A stretch of DNA of 64,000 bases from positions 3,871,567 through 3,935,566 of the forward strand of contig MU053629.1 in the NCBI GenBank assembly GCA_013239625.1, in the 5' to 3' direction. The notes under the pieces are model-generated. The model saw only the letters and a program-made list of their open reading frames with translations, made no database searches and was not told the origin of the DNA. This stretch comes from Lama guanicoe. Taxonomy: Eukaryota. A program made the position numbers and the translations under genes. Numbering within the stretch: position 1 is the stretch's first letter; every line of letters starts with the position of its first letter. Shown here piece by piece: positions 1-12,314 of this stretch.

Positions 1-1215
1 CTCCTTTAGTGTGTATTCACTAGCACTATGACAGATAGGTTGAGCTGGAAGTCGCTGTTAAGAGGAGCTCTATGTTTTAAGCCCGAAAGTTCACCTGGGC
101 AGAAACAAGTTAGAATATTTAGAAAGCAAATGCCTTGATACACAGAGTCCCTGGCATGGGCGGTCCCCCCGCATAGTAATGTCCTTGTCAGCAGGTCCCA
201 CTGTGTGTTTTCTGTAAAGCCTTGGGGCTAAATGAGCGGCTCATATCGTGGGGTAGATGCATGTGGTTTGAAAAGTGGAGATGGCTTGTTCCCTGGGTGT
301 CCTGGCTCCTTCACTGAAGAATCTCAGTGGTGGGGGCGAGTCAGTGTGGCCTTGATAGTACCAGGAGAGCAACTCTGTGGCCCAGGCAGTTCCTGTGGGA
401 CTCAAGCTTTAGAAGTCAGATGGCGTGGCAGTGATGCTAACACATTCCACCCAGTGACCACAAAAAGTGGGTTTTGTTTGGTTTTTGGTAAAGGCCTCTT
501 CCCGGTAGCGTGTGTCAGCATCGTCTGGGAGGTCACTTCTGAGTGTCACAGGCTCTCAGGCATCCAGTCCAGTTTTCTTTCCAGCCCCCTCCCCCCATGG
601 AGTCCAAAGTGCCCCCCGGGTCCCTGCAGCAGTTTGTCCTCCTCAGTCTAGGAGGACAGAGGCTGTCCCATGACGGTGTGTGAGTCAGTGTCTTCACGAG
701 GGCAACTTTCTCATTGTTTTTCCTGAACTATGGTCATCCCGTGGATGGAGGAGCTTTATTTAGCTCTCTGGGGGAACTGGGGAAGTCATCTGGTGAGACT
801 CTGCCTCTTCATAGATGAGGACTCAGGAAGGATGTTCCAAGTGCTGAGCAGAAAGGCTGAGGAGGAAGCCCAGAGCAGCCCCTGATCGGCTCAGCAGCGC
901 CCCAACCTCCCCACCAAGCCTGTCTCCCCATTTTTCTAAGTTAACATAATTGCACTAGGTGCTCAGAAGATCCCTAATTCCATTAGAGAGGAAAAAAGAA
1001 AAAAAATGTTCTTCGTAAATGTAGCACCTGAGTTGGAATGTCAGGCCTCATTGCCCTGAGGAATCGTGGGTCAGCTCGTGATAAAGCTGCAAAACTCAGA
1101 ACACCGTCCAACCGGGCAGAGTGACCATCTGGAACCCAACAGGTGTCCCAGTTATTTTATAAATGGGACAACCGAGACGGAGGAGGAAGTGACACTTGCT
1201 GGTGGTCCTATAGCT

Positions 1216-1536
1216 CAGGGGTCCGCAAACGACAGCCCATCATTTGTATTTGCATGGCTTATGAGCTGAGAATGGATTTTTTTTTAAATGGATTAAAAAA
1301 AAAAAACCAGACCCAAAGGACTATTTCGTGACATGTGAAAATTATATGAAATTCAAATTTCAGTGTCTGTAAAGAAGTTCTGCTGGAACCCAGCCACGCT
1401 CACCCATTTCCGTGTTGTCTGTGGCTGCATCCACAGGACAGCGGCCGAGGGGCATTGCTGCAGGGGAGACCATATGGCTCGCAAAGCTGGAAATATTCAC
1501 CACGGGGCCCTTTGCAGACAAAGTCGTTGACCCCTG
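1216..1536 (+). mobile_element. MER58B (hAT-Charlie MITE) inserted in a MIR
   Basis: TIRs CAGGGGTC...GACCCCTG; diagnostic core gtgaaaattatatgaaattcaaatttcagtgtc; MIR-like flanks at about 1150-1215 and 1537-1600. Confidence 0.85.
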
Positions 1537-2486
1537 AGTTTGCTGACTGGTAGTGGAGGTGGGACTCGAAGCCCGGGCTCCAAATTCCGGATGGGGTTTC
1601 TCCTTAGGGCTCTGAGCGGGGGTCAGAGCAGTTCACCAAGAAACAGGGTTTAGCCTGGGATGTTGCCACTTAGTGGCAGCAAGACTTGGGGCCTGAACGC
1701 TTTGGGAAGATTAGGAATGAAAAGCAAAATTCTTTTGAGAAGTTCCCACCCAGGCCTTGAGGTCACTATTATTATTATTATTTTTAAAGAGATTTTCCAT
1801 CTCTCCTTACTTGCCTCCAAGTGCATTTGACCAGCAGATAACTTTTGCATACCCTGGTAAATAGTCCGAGTTATTTTGTGTATTATTTTGTTTTCCTTGC
1901 ATTGTTACTTTTTCATAAGCACAAAGTCAGTTCACTTCTAAGCTGCTCTGATCACATGAGACCAAAAAACAAAATAAAACTCAGAACCCCCAGTCAGCAT
2001 CTGGCAAGTGGAAAACGAAAAAGAAAGAAAAAGGCCAAATTGGTTAATGTTTCATCTTCCCGCTCCCCAAGCCATGTGGTAAAAGGAAAAAATTCCTACA
2101 GGATGGAATGGAATCCTAGCTAGCTAGGGCCTAAGCTGATGGTTTTTGTCCCAGGAATCCCCAGCTTAGAGCGGCCCTCCTGGAGCCAGGTGGGACAAAG
2201 CTGAGCCAGACCTGGGTTGTGTTGGGTGAGAAGATGAAAAATGCTCCAGGCCTCACAGAAAGAACATGCCTTCTGACTCCTGGACAGACCTGTCCCTTAA
2301 CGGGGACGACGCCCCACTGCTGGTGGCAGAGGCACAGGCCCAGGAAAGACGTTCCAAGTCGGCCTGCCCCACGAGGCATTGGCTTATCCAGCGAGGAGCG
2401 CAGTGTTCAAGAGAAAACAGGGGAAAACAAAATAGCACATGCGATGAAATGCTTGCAACTACTTAAATGACAATGAATGCCTTAAA

Positions 2487-2550
2487 ACACACAGTCACAC
2501 ACACACACACAGTCACACAGTCTCACACACACACACACACACACACAGTC
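2487..2550. repeat. Compound (CA)n microsatellite punctuated by GT
   Basis: acacacagtcacacacac...cacagtc seen directly. Confidence 0.95.
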
Positions 2551-2726
2551 CAGGCATTGCAAGTTGCTCTGTGAGCAGGTTTGGATGTGAGGGAGAAGGG
2601 GAGGGGAGAGAGAAAAAAGTTAATCTGGGAGCAAATGCTTGAGCCCTTAATTAGAGGGGTGTAAGCGGGACAGAGTAAGGATGGCTGGCAACTTGTTAAA
2701 ACAGAGTTTCCCCAGCTCCAGCGGGA

Positions 2727-2750
2727 GGAAGGAAGGAAGGAAGGAAGGAA
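2727..2750. repeat. (GGAA)6 microsatellite
   Basis: Six perfect GGAA units. Confidence 0.95.
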
Positions 2751-3123
2751 GCAAGAAGGAACATCTTCAAGAATTTTAATGGTTGTAATTAAGTACAGCA
2801 ACTATGAATTGTTAACGGGCTTAATTTAACCTTACCCAAGGAGGCTCCAAGTTGCTACTTGCTCGGTCCCCTGAACTTGGGTTATTTCTGTGGTCAGAGC
2901 AATTGAAACTTTTTCAGGTGCCAGGGCTGCAGCCGTCAGCATTTTCCAGGAGAGTTCCAGGGTTGGCTGGCCTGGTCGCGTGTGATCGTGGGATGGGGAG
3001 TGCAGCAGAAAGCTGAGGGGCACACTGCCCTTTGCAAGTGCTTGCATGGTACATATGCACGCGCACACACACATACAGACATGCATGAGAAAGAAGAGAG
3101 GATCAGCCCACAGGCCGACTTAA

Positions 3124-3405
<282 letters not shown>

Positions 3406-3752
3406 TAGGAACAGTCTGTAGGAATGAGACCTCAGGGTGAGAACTTTGCAGGAGCCTGTTGATCACGTGGTGACCATTTGTCTCGTGTGGAAATGATAAA
3501 AACCCAGCAAAACTCTCCATCCCCATTTTTAACAAGGGATCCTCTTCTCCCGGCTACAGAGCGGCGGCGGCAAAATAGATGTGTTTGTTTACATTTATCT
3601 TCGTGGGTTTCTCCTTCTGTCCCCGCTCTGGGGAAGGACTGATGTGAAGGGTTAGAAGAGGGGGAGATGGAGTGGGTAGAATGAGTGTGGGGAAGGGGTC
3701 TAGCAAGTGAGGAATTTTCCAGAGGCTGGTGGTTTTCATGTCCTTCCCTGAG

Positions 3753-3814
3753 CAGTGGATGCTGGGCTTAAGCAGAGAGGTCCTCCACCCGCTGCAGTTC
3801 GGAGATGGCCATAG
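3753..3814 (+). other. SMAD6: Putative cryptic/alternative SMAD6 exon 5' end with in-frame stop (AVDAGLKQRGPPPAAVRRWP*)
   Basis: Pyrimidine tract followed by a GAG|CAG tandem acceptor; in the exon 3 frame it reaches TAG at 3812-3814. Resembles the recalled C-terminus of the MH2-less human isoform. 3' boundary unknown. Confidence 0.5.
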
Positions 3815-5744
3815 GGACCCCCCCTTACATTCTGAGGAATACCTAAATCACGCTTTCCTTAAGAAATGAGAGGTTGGTGGTGCCCTTGGGGGCACTGAGG
3901 GCCAGGAGGGACTCAGGTGTCAAGGTCTTTGGGAGCATGGTGGGTGGGGTGCACTGTGGGGACAGCTGAGGCTCGTGGCCTGGTTCCATGTTGCTTGTGG
4001 TGACAGCCCCTTGGGCTGGAGGTGCTTCCTGAGCCCTTGTGGCTGGATCTCTGTGAGAAGACCCCTGTCTGCTTCTGAACTGTCCTTCCCCGACCCTACA
4101 CCCCTGTCATAATGGCAACGATAGTAATTGTAGCCATTTATTGAGTGTTTACTTTGGGCCACATCCTGTACTAGGTAGGGCCCAGGGTCACAGCGTAGCA
4201 GAGCCATTTGCCGCTATGTCACTGTTTCGTCCCCCACTTCTCTGCAAGGGCCGAATGTGCCTCCGATGAACTTATTTTGCGCGGAGTTCTGTCTGTCATT
4301 CGTGCTGTCCTTTCCCCGTGACTAAGGGTGTCGCGATGTTGGGGGCTCTCAGCTGTCTGGCCAATTCTTGTGGCCAGAGAGCCCTTCCCCACCCATTCCG
4401 TATTCCATCACAGCCACGGGAGATCACAAGAGTATGTCTCTTTTGGAGACACAGAAACAAGAAGCTGGAGCAGGAAGTGACTTGCCCAGGTCGGGGGCAC
4501 AGTGGGGCTCACGGTACAGCTGGTACTGGGGTCCAGGTCTTCTTTGTCCCCTTGTGGTCTCTGGTGGCCCCTCTGATTGGGCCACTTTGTTTTCATCTCT
4601 GCTTTTTGGTCCTACTTGTTAAAAAAGTCTCTCCTTGGAAGACCTAGCCAGATGAACACAAGAAGTTAACGTTTTAATCCATTCTTTTTCCCCTGGGCCT
4701 ATGTGGATGGGAGCCACAAATAATTTTGAAGCAAGAGGCTTTAAAGTATTTCTGACTACATGATTCTCTGTCCCTGCCCACCCTCAGAGCGGATTGAATT
4801 TAAATGGATTGCACTGGCGTCGGTTGTATGGACAGATGGTAATTTTTCAACGTCCCCTCCGCCTTGTTGTTACTCGTGGGACCCGTGTGCCGAGGTGCCT
4901 TACAGATTCATGGTCTCTTCTGATCTGTCACCCCAGGGCTGGCCTGACTTATGGCTCAGGCTGGAAGGAGCAGACCCCAGAGCACTTGCAGGAGGCCCCT
5001 CTGGTTCCCAGGAGAGAGCGCCCCTGGAGGCCGGGAGGTCTCCGCGACCCTGAGGCTGTTGGTTCGGGCTGTCCCTGGGGCCTGGTGGGCCTGTTTGGGA
5101 TTCCCACCTGGTGATCTCAGTCTGTCTTTGGCATGGGCCGCTGTGGCCCTTTACCGTGGATGGGGACTGTGCAGCTCTCATGAGAAAATCTGGCCTCCAG
5201 TGTTTAGAATTCCAAGGGGCTGAAGGAACTGGAGAGGAAGTCTGGGATTTCCTTGTGGGGATTGATTTGTGTGAGCTGCAGGTGGTAGGCGAATAGAGAA
5301 TTCCCCCCATTATGGTCCTCCAGGCCCCTCCCAAGGATGACGTGTGTCTCCTCCTGCTCTGGGGGGCTCACTGCTCAGCTCTTCCATCTTCCTCGTGCTG
5401 TGGGGGAATCTCAGGACCCATGGGTTGGCACTGCCTCCGCCTCCTGGGAGCGCACAGATTTGGGGCTATGGTAGCCGTCCCCCTGGAGGGCAGGCTTGGG
5501 GAGGGAGGCCCTACAGGGTGAGAAGAAGGCCTGGAGGGGTCTCAGTGATGATGAAGGCAAGACTCATCCTGCAAAGATGGGCGGCAGGGTGGTGCCTGAG
5601 GGCAGGGTGGGACGTGAGGTCAGAAAGGTGAGGGGCACAGGCTGGTGGACTGTGTTGGGCCAGACCAGGTGTTTGATGCTCAAGGACAGGTGATAAGGAT
5701 GCTGGTGCTGGTGCTAACATTTATATATTTAACATTTTCCGACA

Positions 5745-5900
5745 TTCACTACTTAGCACTTTGCTAACTTCTCCATCTCACTGACTCCTTACCACAACCC
5801 AGTGAGACAGATGTGATTCCCCCTGTTTTGCAGGTGAGGAAACTGAGGCTTGTTGCCCAGCCAGCTGCCCAAATTCCCACACTAACTGGCACTCTTGGGA
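5745..5900 (-). mobile_element. MIR SINE fragment
   Basis: MIR core cccctgttttgcaggtgaggaaactgaggct. One of many MIRs in the window. Confidence 0.75.
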
Positions 5901-7904
5901 TGGGAGCCTGTGTAGGGTGACTGGCCAGCTCGCCCACCACGTGGGCCCTGTCCAGCGTTCCATAGCGAGGATCCCATCCTCTGCCCTGAGCCACACCTGG
6001 CAAGAGGAGAGTTCAGAAGGAACCTCGGGCAGCCTGTCCTGATCGCAGGACCAGGGATAGGGCTGGGGCCTGGCAAGAGGCACAGGGCTCTGTGCTCATC
6101 TGCCTCCCTTGCAGACACCCAGAGACCACCCCAGGCCCCTCTGTTTCCCTGCATCCCGGAAGCCCGCCATCCCCGAGCGCCTGGCCCCTCTCAGCATCTT
6201 GGGACTGGTGTTGCGGGAGCAGGGTGTCCGCAGCCCCTGGGTGGAGACCGCCCTCGTTTGTCTCACACAGTGGCAGTCTCAGCACCTGGCTTGAGGCTAG
6301 CTATTTTTATCCAGCTCCAAGGTCTCTGCTTCACTTCCCTGTCCTGTTGTTGAGGCCACTTTATGGGGAGTAGGGGGAGTTTTGAGCCACAGCTGGGGGC
6401 AGTTGAGGATGCCTTGGTGGGCAGGGTGGGGGGCAGCAGGAGAGGAGATGGTCTTGTTTCAGCCCTCTGCTGAACGCTTGGCAGAGCCCTCTCATCCGAT
6501 CTCTGTGTCAGCTCCGCATGATCCCCACTAAACAAACAAGAAAACCAAAGCTCCCGAGGACAAGTGACCTCACCAAGGTCACCCTGTGAGGGGCAAGAAC
6601 TCAGAGCTTCCATTAAGTAAAGATACTCTTACAACCTGGAGTCTTCAGTGAGACTTGGGAAAACCTGAAAGCCTAGAAGTCCCTTCTGAGGTACCTTGAG
6701 ATCCTTGACACTCTGGTTTCCTTGCCTTACTGCTGCCCCCTGACTGTCTAAAGCCCTTTCGGTTCATCCTCTTCCTATCTGCAGCATCTCCACCCCTTTC
6801 CCATTCCCTTGATTTCAGTTGAGTTTGAGGAGGAAAGCAAGATGAGCTAGTTAAATTCATACTAAGGTGTGAGTGGCTGGTAGGCAACTCTTCTTGGCAA
6901 TTTAAAGGCAGGATTTCAACAAAATTGCAGGATGAGGGGTCACACGGGCATGGCCATTCTGAGGAGGTCTGGGCTCTCTTGGCTCTAGGCTAGAAGAACA
7001 GAAAGAGCGTGACACAAGGGGCTTTATGCCCTGGATGAAGGAAGGAACAGCCAGGCCAGGCTGAGTGCTGGGTGCTGAGTGAGCTCTGGGCCGTTGACCA
7101 GGGCCTGAAGTGGTGGGTTGCTTTAGAAGCCAGTCCCGCCTGAATCCAGTGCCGTGGGGCTTCGGCACCGACAGGCTTCTTCAGGAGCCAGTGACTCCTC
7201 TCTAATATCCTATTGGGTAACTATTCCAGTGCTTTATTAAGCACCCACTGTATGCAAGGCATGGTATAAGCTGCTTGTCACGAGGACCAGGCTTTCCCTT
7301 TGTCTGACTTTGGATATGTGTACCAGCATCTCAGTCCTTGGAGCCTGCTGGTTTCTCTAGAGCTGCATCAGTGAGGGCGAGCCCCGCATTTTGAAGAGAA
7401 GGCCCAGGGAAGGAAGAGAGCCACACAGGACTATGTGGAGAACTGGGGGCCTTAGCTGGATGTGGGTGTTTTTCCTCCACCAGCCAGATTGTAAGCTCCT
7501 CGAGGGCACAGATCAGTCTCCAGGATTTGTGCATCTGTAGATTGGCAGAGTTTGGGAATAGAGGCTCAGAGAGGTTTGGTGAGTGGCTGGGGGACACACA
7601 GCAAGCAAAAGCAGGTAGAGCCAGGTCACAATCTAGGTGGGTCCACATTGCCTACCCACTTGCCACCTGTCTTCTCATTGGTCCCTGACGAGGTGCCCTT
7701 TGGGGCTGGTGCTGTCTGGTGTGCATTGTCAGTGCCCACAGAACCTAGGAGAGCAGTGAGTTAGTACAGCATCTCTTCCTGCTGCTTCCTGATTCCAGGG
7801 TGGAAGCAGGCTCTCCTCAGATGCCCTGTTCCTCGTTCTCAAACCAGGGTTCTCACTTAGCTCGGTCTCTGTGAGCTGAGCCTCCGTAGCAAGCTTGGCT
7901 GGAA

Positions 7905-8115
7905 AGCATGGGCTGTGCACCAGTGGACCCTGGGTTCAAGTCCCAGCTCTGCCATTTCGTAGTTGCGAGACTTTGGGGCAGCCACTTAACCACTCTGACC
8001 CTCAGTTTAGTCACCTATAAAATGGGGTGGTTGATAACATATCACCTTGTGGTGAGGATGAAATGAGATGATGCCAGGTGAGTCAGCCAAGGCCTGGCAC
8101 ACATGTGGTAGGTGT
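7905..8115 (+). mobile_element. MIR SINE
   Basis: ctgggttcaagtcccagctctgcca...cctcagtttagtcacctataaaatggg...gtgaggatgaaatgagatg. Confidence 0.85.
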
Positions 8116-8124
8116 GGCCATTAC

Positions 8125-8560
8125 GGGTGTGTCAGGCACTGTGCTTGAGCTGGAGGCACAGAGATAAAAATTACATCACCTCTGCCCTCAGGTACTCACT
8201 GACAGGTAAAGACACAAACAGTAATAATGAGAAGTGGTGTAAGAGGCAGTAAAACGGAAGAAAGGATTAGTAACTAACTCTTGTGGTGGAGAGGCAGCCC
8301 AGGAAGACTCCCTGGAGGAGGTGATAACCAAGTTGGGTTTTACAGGACAAATAGAAGTCTGCCAAAGAGATAAGATTTAAGTGGTGGAAGATGCCTTCCA
8401 GGTAGAAGGAATATCAGGTGCAAAAAGGCCTGGAGGAAGAAAAAAAAAAAGGCCTGGAGGTGTGAAAACAGCCTGAATTGAGAAACCAAAGATTAGAGGG
8501 GTTGGGAGGCAAAGCACCTGGAGTTGGTGGGAGATCAGGTATGAGGAGGCCAGGGCCTAG
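8125..8560 (-). mobile_element. L2 LINE fragment
   Basis: tgtgtcaggcactgtgct...cctggaggaggtgat...ttccaggtagaaggaa...caaaaaggcctggagg, typical antisense L2 3' region. Confidence 0.7.
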
Positions 8561-10379
8561 GTAATATTTTTAAAAAACTTTTAACTATAATGTACAGAGT
8601 ACACAGCTAAGTGTTCAGCTTGTTGAATTTTTACAAACTGATCGCACCTCAGTGACAGGTAACTTCCCTGTCACATGACAGGTGCTCAGTCCTGACACAT
8701 AACAGTGCTCAGTGCCTGTGGGTCTAGGGGTGCTCCGTGCTGAGTGAGTGGTTTAAAAGAGAGAGTAGGACCTCAGGGAGTAGAGTTTTAGCTGAAAAGA
8801 GGGTTTCGATTGGCTTTGGAGAGCAGAAGGATGTTTTACCCGGAGTTCAGAGCTGATGGTGCCCTGACACAATTCGCCTTGAACCTAGATCAGTCTGGGT
8901 GGGTTAAGAGTGGCCTTGGGTGTGGCCCCCTCCTGCCCGCCTGGGTCAGACTCCAGCTTGGACGTCTGTGGACAGGTTGCGGCTGAGCTCCCAGACCAGG
9001 ACCAGCTTGCCCTTTCTGATTCAGAAATGGCCCCCGACTCCTTGCCTGTCCTTAGGGTGGGGGTTGGGGAAGGGGGTGCACTCACTTCTGGTTCCAAAGT
9101 CAGCAGTATTTGGATCTTGCATCAAATCTACCTTGTGTTTTTGTTTTTGTTTTAGCTTTAACCAACCAAAGAAAAGAAAAAGCCTTCTTCGCTCTTTAAA
9201 ACCTCCCAGGTGTCTCACAGACGGACCCATTCTTCCTGGGATGGTCGTTTGGGGCTGGGGTAGAGGTGGTGAGGGGTCAAGGGCAGGAGCGACAGAGGTG
9301 ACCCCAGTAATCCTGGGAGGACCAGGTAGTTGTGGAAGGGTCTGGCCAACCTGGTCTGCCAAGAAGCACGTGGGGTGGTGAGCAGCACCCCCGAGCAGGT
9401 TCCAGGCTTGGCCTTGCCATCTACTCTGTGCTGTGACCTCCTCACCTCTCTTGTCTCAGTTTGCTCAGCTGTATATTGGGACTATTAGGCCGTTGATCTC
9501 AGGGGCCTCTTGATACTGATGTGTTCCAGGCAGAGGGTACCAGCTCCTGGGCCTTGAGGAGCAGAGAGCTGAGGCTTCTGGCTTACAGCATCTTAGCTTC
9601 TCATCATTGTCCCAGAGCAAAACTAAGGCCTGGGACAAGGCCATGTGGAGGGTGTCCTGGACATCATTCCCCCCGCCCCCCAATTCCAGAGCACTAAAGC
9701 CTGGGGACTGGAGTGGGGGTATACTTGACCCATGAAGAATCTGAGGCCCAGAGAGGGTGACTGATTTGTCAGATATCACACAGCTCTTACACCCTTCAGG
9801 GTTCCGGACAAAGGACCCCTGGGCTGGTGTGTTTCCTGACTAGGCTTTGGGGTGACAAGTCAATGTACTGACTGCGAGCCAGTGCAGATGATAAAAAGTG
9901 AGGAAAGCTAGGACCTTCCCCTTCAGGAGCTGCTGCTGTGGAAGGAGAGGTAGACAGCAGGCAAACCATGGTGAACGATTGTCCCAAGTGCTGTGGAGAC
10001 GTGGGCAAGGCTTGGCATCAGCACAGAAACAAGAGCAGGAGACTCTGTTGTGGGAATGAGGTGTTCAAGAAAAGCTTCAAGGAGAAAGTGATTCTGAGTT
10101 GGGTTTTGTAGGGTGACTAGGAGTTCACCAGGAGGACAACGGGGTACAGACAGCCTGTAAGAAAGAGTAGCTTGTGTAGAAGCAGAGAGGTATGCAGTAG
10201 TACTGTGCGTTCTGGGTTTTGTCTGTGGCTAGGATAGATAATATGTGAGAGATGGGGTAATGGGTTAAGATGAATCCAGAGATGTCCTGAATCTGGAGGA
10301 ATGAGCTAGAACAGAGAGATGGTGGTCAGTGGGGCCTGGGGAACTTTGGGACATACTTGGTACTTGAGGGGCTCTGGAC

Positions 10380-10457
10380 CTTGTCTGGCATCCAGCACAG
10401 GGCTTTGCCAGTAGCTGAAGGTCGTTGTGGAGTAAATGAATGAATGAATGAATGAAT
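10380..10457 (+). mobile_element. L2 3' end with (TGAA)n tail
   Basis: ccagcacagggc...aatgaatgaatgaatgaatgaat. Confidence 0.65.
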
Positions 10458-12314
10458 TTTTGCCTGACAAAGAGATCTAGAAAACAGAGAGAACACATAA
10501 AAATAAAGACAGAAAGATCATAATGCATGTAATGATCACAGCTAACACAGAGCCCTGTGCCAGGCACTCTGAGTGCTATGCTAAGCATTTTTGTTTGTAA
10601 ATCGTCCCAGTAGTCTAGGAGGTAGCCACTTTTATTAGCCAGATTTAAAGGAGGAGTCCCTGGGGCTCAGGTTAAGTAACTTCCTTCTGCCCAGCTAGAA
10701 AGCAGTGGAACTTGGATCAGAACCCAGGCAGACTGGCCCCTGTTGGGCTCCCCGGGATCTGGAGTGGTACCCTCTCTGCCTCCTGGAAGATACAGGATTC
10801 ATGTGGTTCTTGTGCATCTGGAGCTTCGGTGTTCCTGGGTACCTGAGTGTCAGCATGAGCAACAGGCACCAGGCCCAAGGACGGCTCCGTTCATCGGATG
10901 GTTGCTGGATGAATTAATGAATGGCCGGTGAGATGATGGGCTGGTGGGCTTCTGAAGGGAAGCAGCTGGACCAAGGGGGAGTCCTGTGGCTGTCCAGGGC
11001 TGTGTGCCCCTGAGCTGGAGGCGGACGGCCCCTGTCCCTCACTCCGCCTCGGGTGGCCCACATGATGGGGAGAAACAGCAGGTTTTCTGAGGAGACCTGA
11101 AATTCCAGAAAATGCACTTGGTTTCATCCAGCCTAATCACAGCCATCTGTCTGCTGGGCCCCGTGGCTCGCCATCCTCCTGTCCCCACTGGCACGCTTCC
11201 CTGGGTGTCTGTAACAATTGGGAGCCACGCTCAAAACTTTCCTTGTCAGGGTAGAGCGCCTGCTGCCAAGAGCTCCTTCTTTGATGCAGAAAATACATCC
11301 TGAAGGTACTTTGTCAGATGTTTTTATATGAAACATTCTCTCTCCGTGGCCCATGGCCCCAAGGGAAGCCGAGAAGCATCGCTTTTCCAGTTGCCCTGTG
11401 TGGAAAGAATTCCTCGTGTTCACAGGCCCTTTCCCCACGCCTCCCCACCTTCCTGCCTGCAAGCTGGGGCCCGGCACCCCCAGCCTGAGAGGGTAAGGCC
11501 CAGAGAGGTGGCACTTCTGCAAAGCCAGGGCCACCCTGGCCCGAGGGAGGGACGCCACCCTCACTCTGTAGTAGACGTCTCTCTGGGTTTGGAAAAACAG
11601 AGGTCTCGTGTCTGCAGAGGACATCAGAAGCTCTGCCCCAGACTGCAAGGTGAATCATCGCCCAGGCTTTCATTGATCTTTAAAAGGAGAGGGGGAGCTC
11701 GGAGACAGGAGCCTGGAAGCCGTCTTACTCTCTGAGTTGTCCAGGGCAGCGCCAGCTCTGGACAGAGCAGGGGGGAGCCGGGCTGCCAGGCCTTCTGGGC
11801 CAGAGATGGGGAGAAGGTGGGGAGGTGGGCTCCACCACACAGTCGTCACCCAGTCACCCAGCCTGAAGTCGGGAGGGGAAGGGCCGGGCGGGGCCGGGCT
11901 GGGAGCTCCAGGACCCCTGAGCAGCCCCGGGAAGCCGCTTGGGGCTGGTGGGGGGCTTTGATGGGCAGATGTAGTGAGTGGGGCGTTCTGGGAGAGGGAT
12001 GGGGGCAGAGTGTAGCACCCCCTGGCTCCGGCTCCAGCCTCTTTGAGTCTGGGGAGCACAGGCGCTTGGGGAGGCAGACCCCGTCTCCTCCAATGTGGCT
12101 GCTCAGTTGTGTTTTAGCTGCCTGCCCTCTTCCTCACAGGGCAAAGGTCAGACAGAGCCCCAGGGGCTTCCTCTGAGTCTAAAGGTAATGCCACACCTGG
12201 CCTTGGGGCCAGGAGACCCAGGTTCCAGTCCTGGCTCTGTCCAACACCTCTTGGTGGAATCAGACTGCTTCCACTCGGCTTCTCCATCTGTAAAATGGGT
12301 CTGCTGGTCTCACT

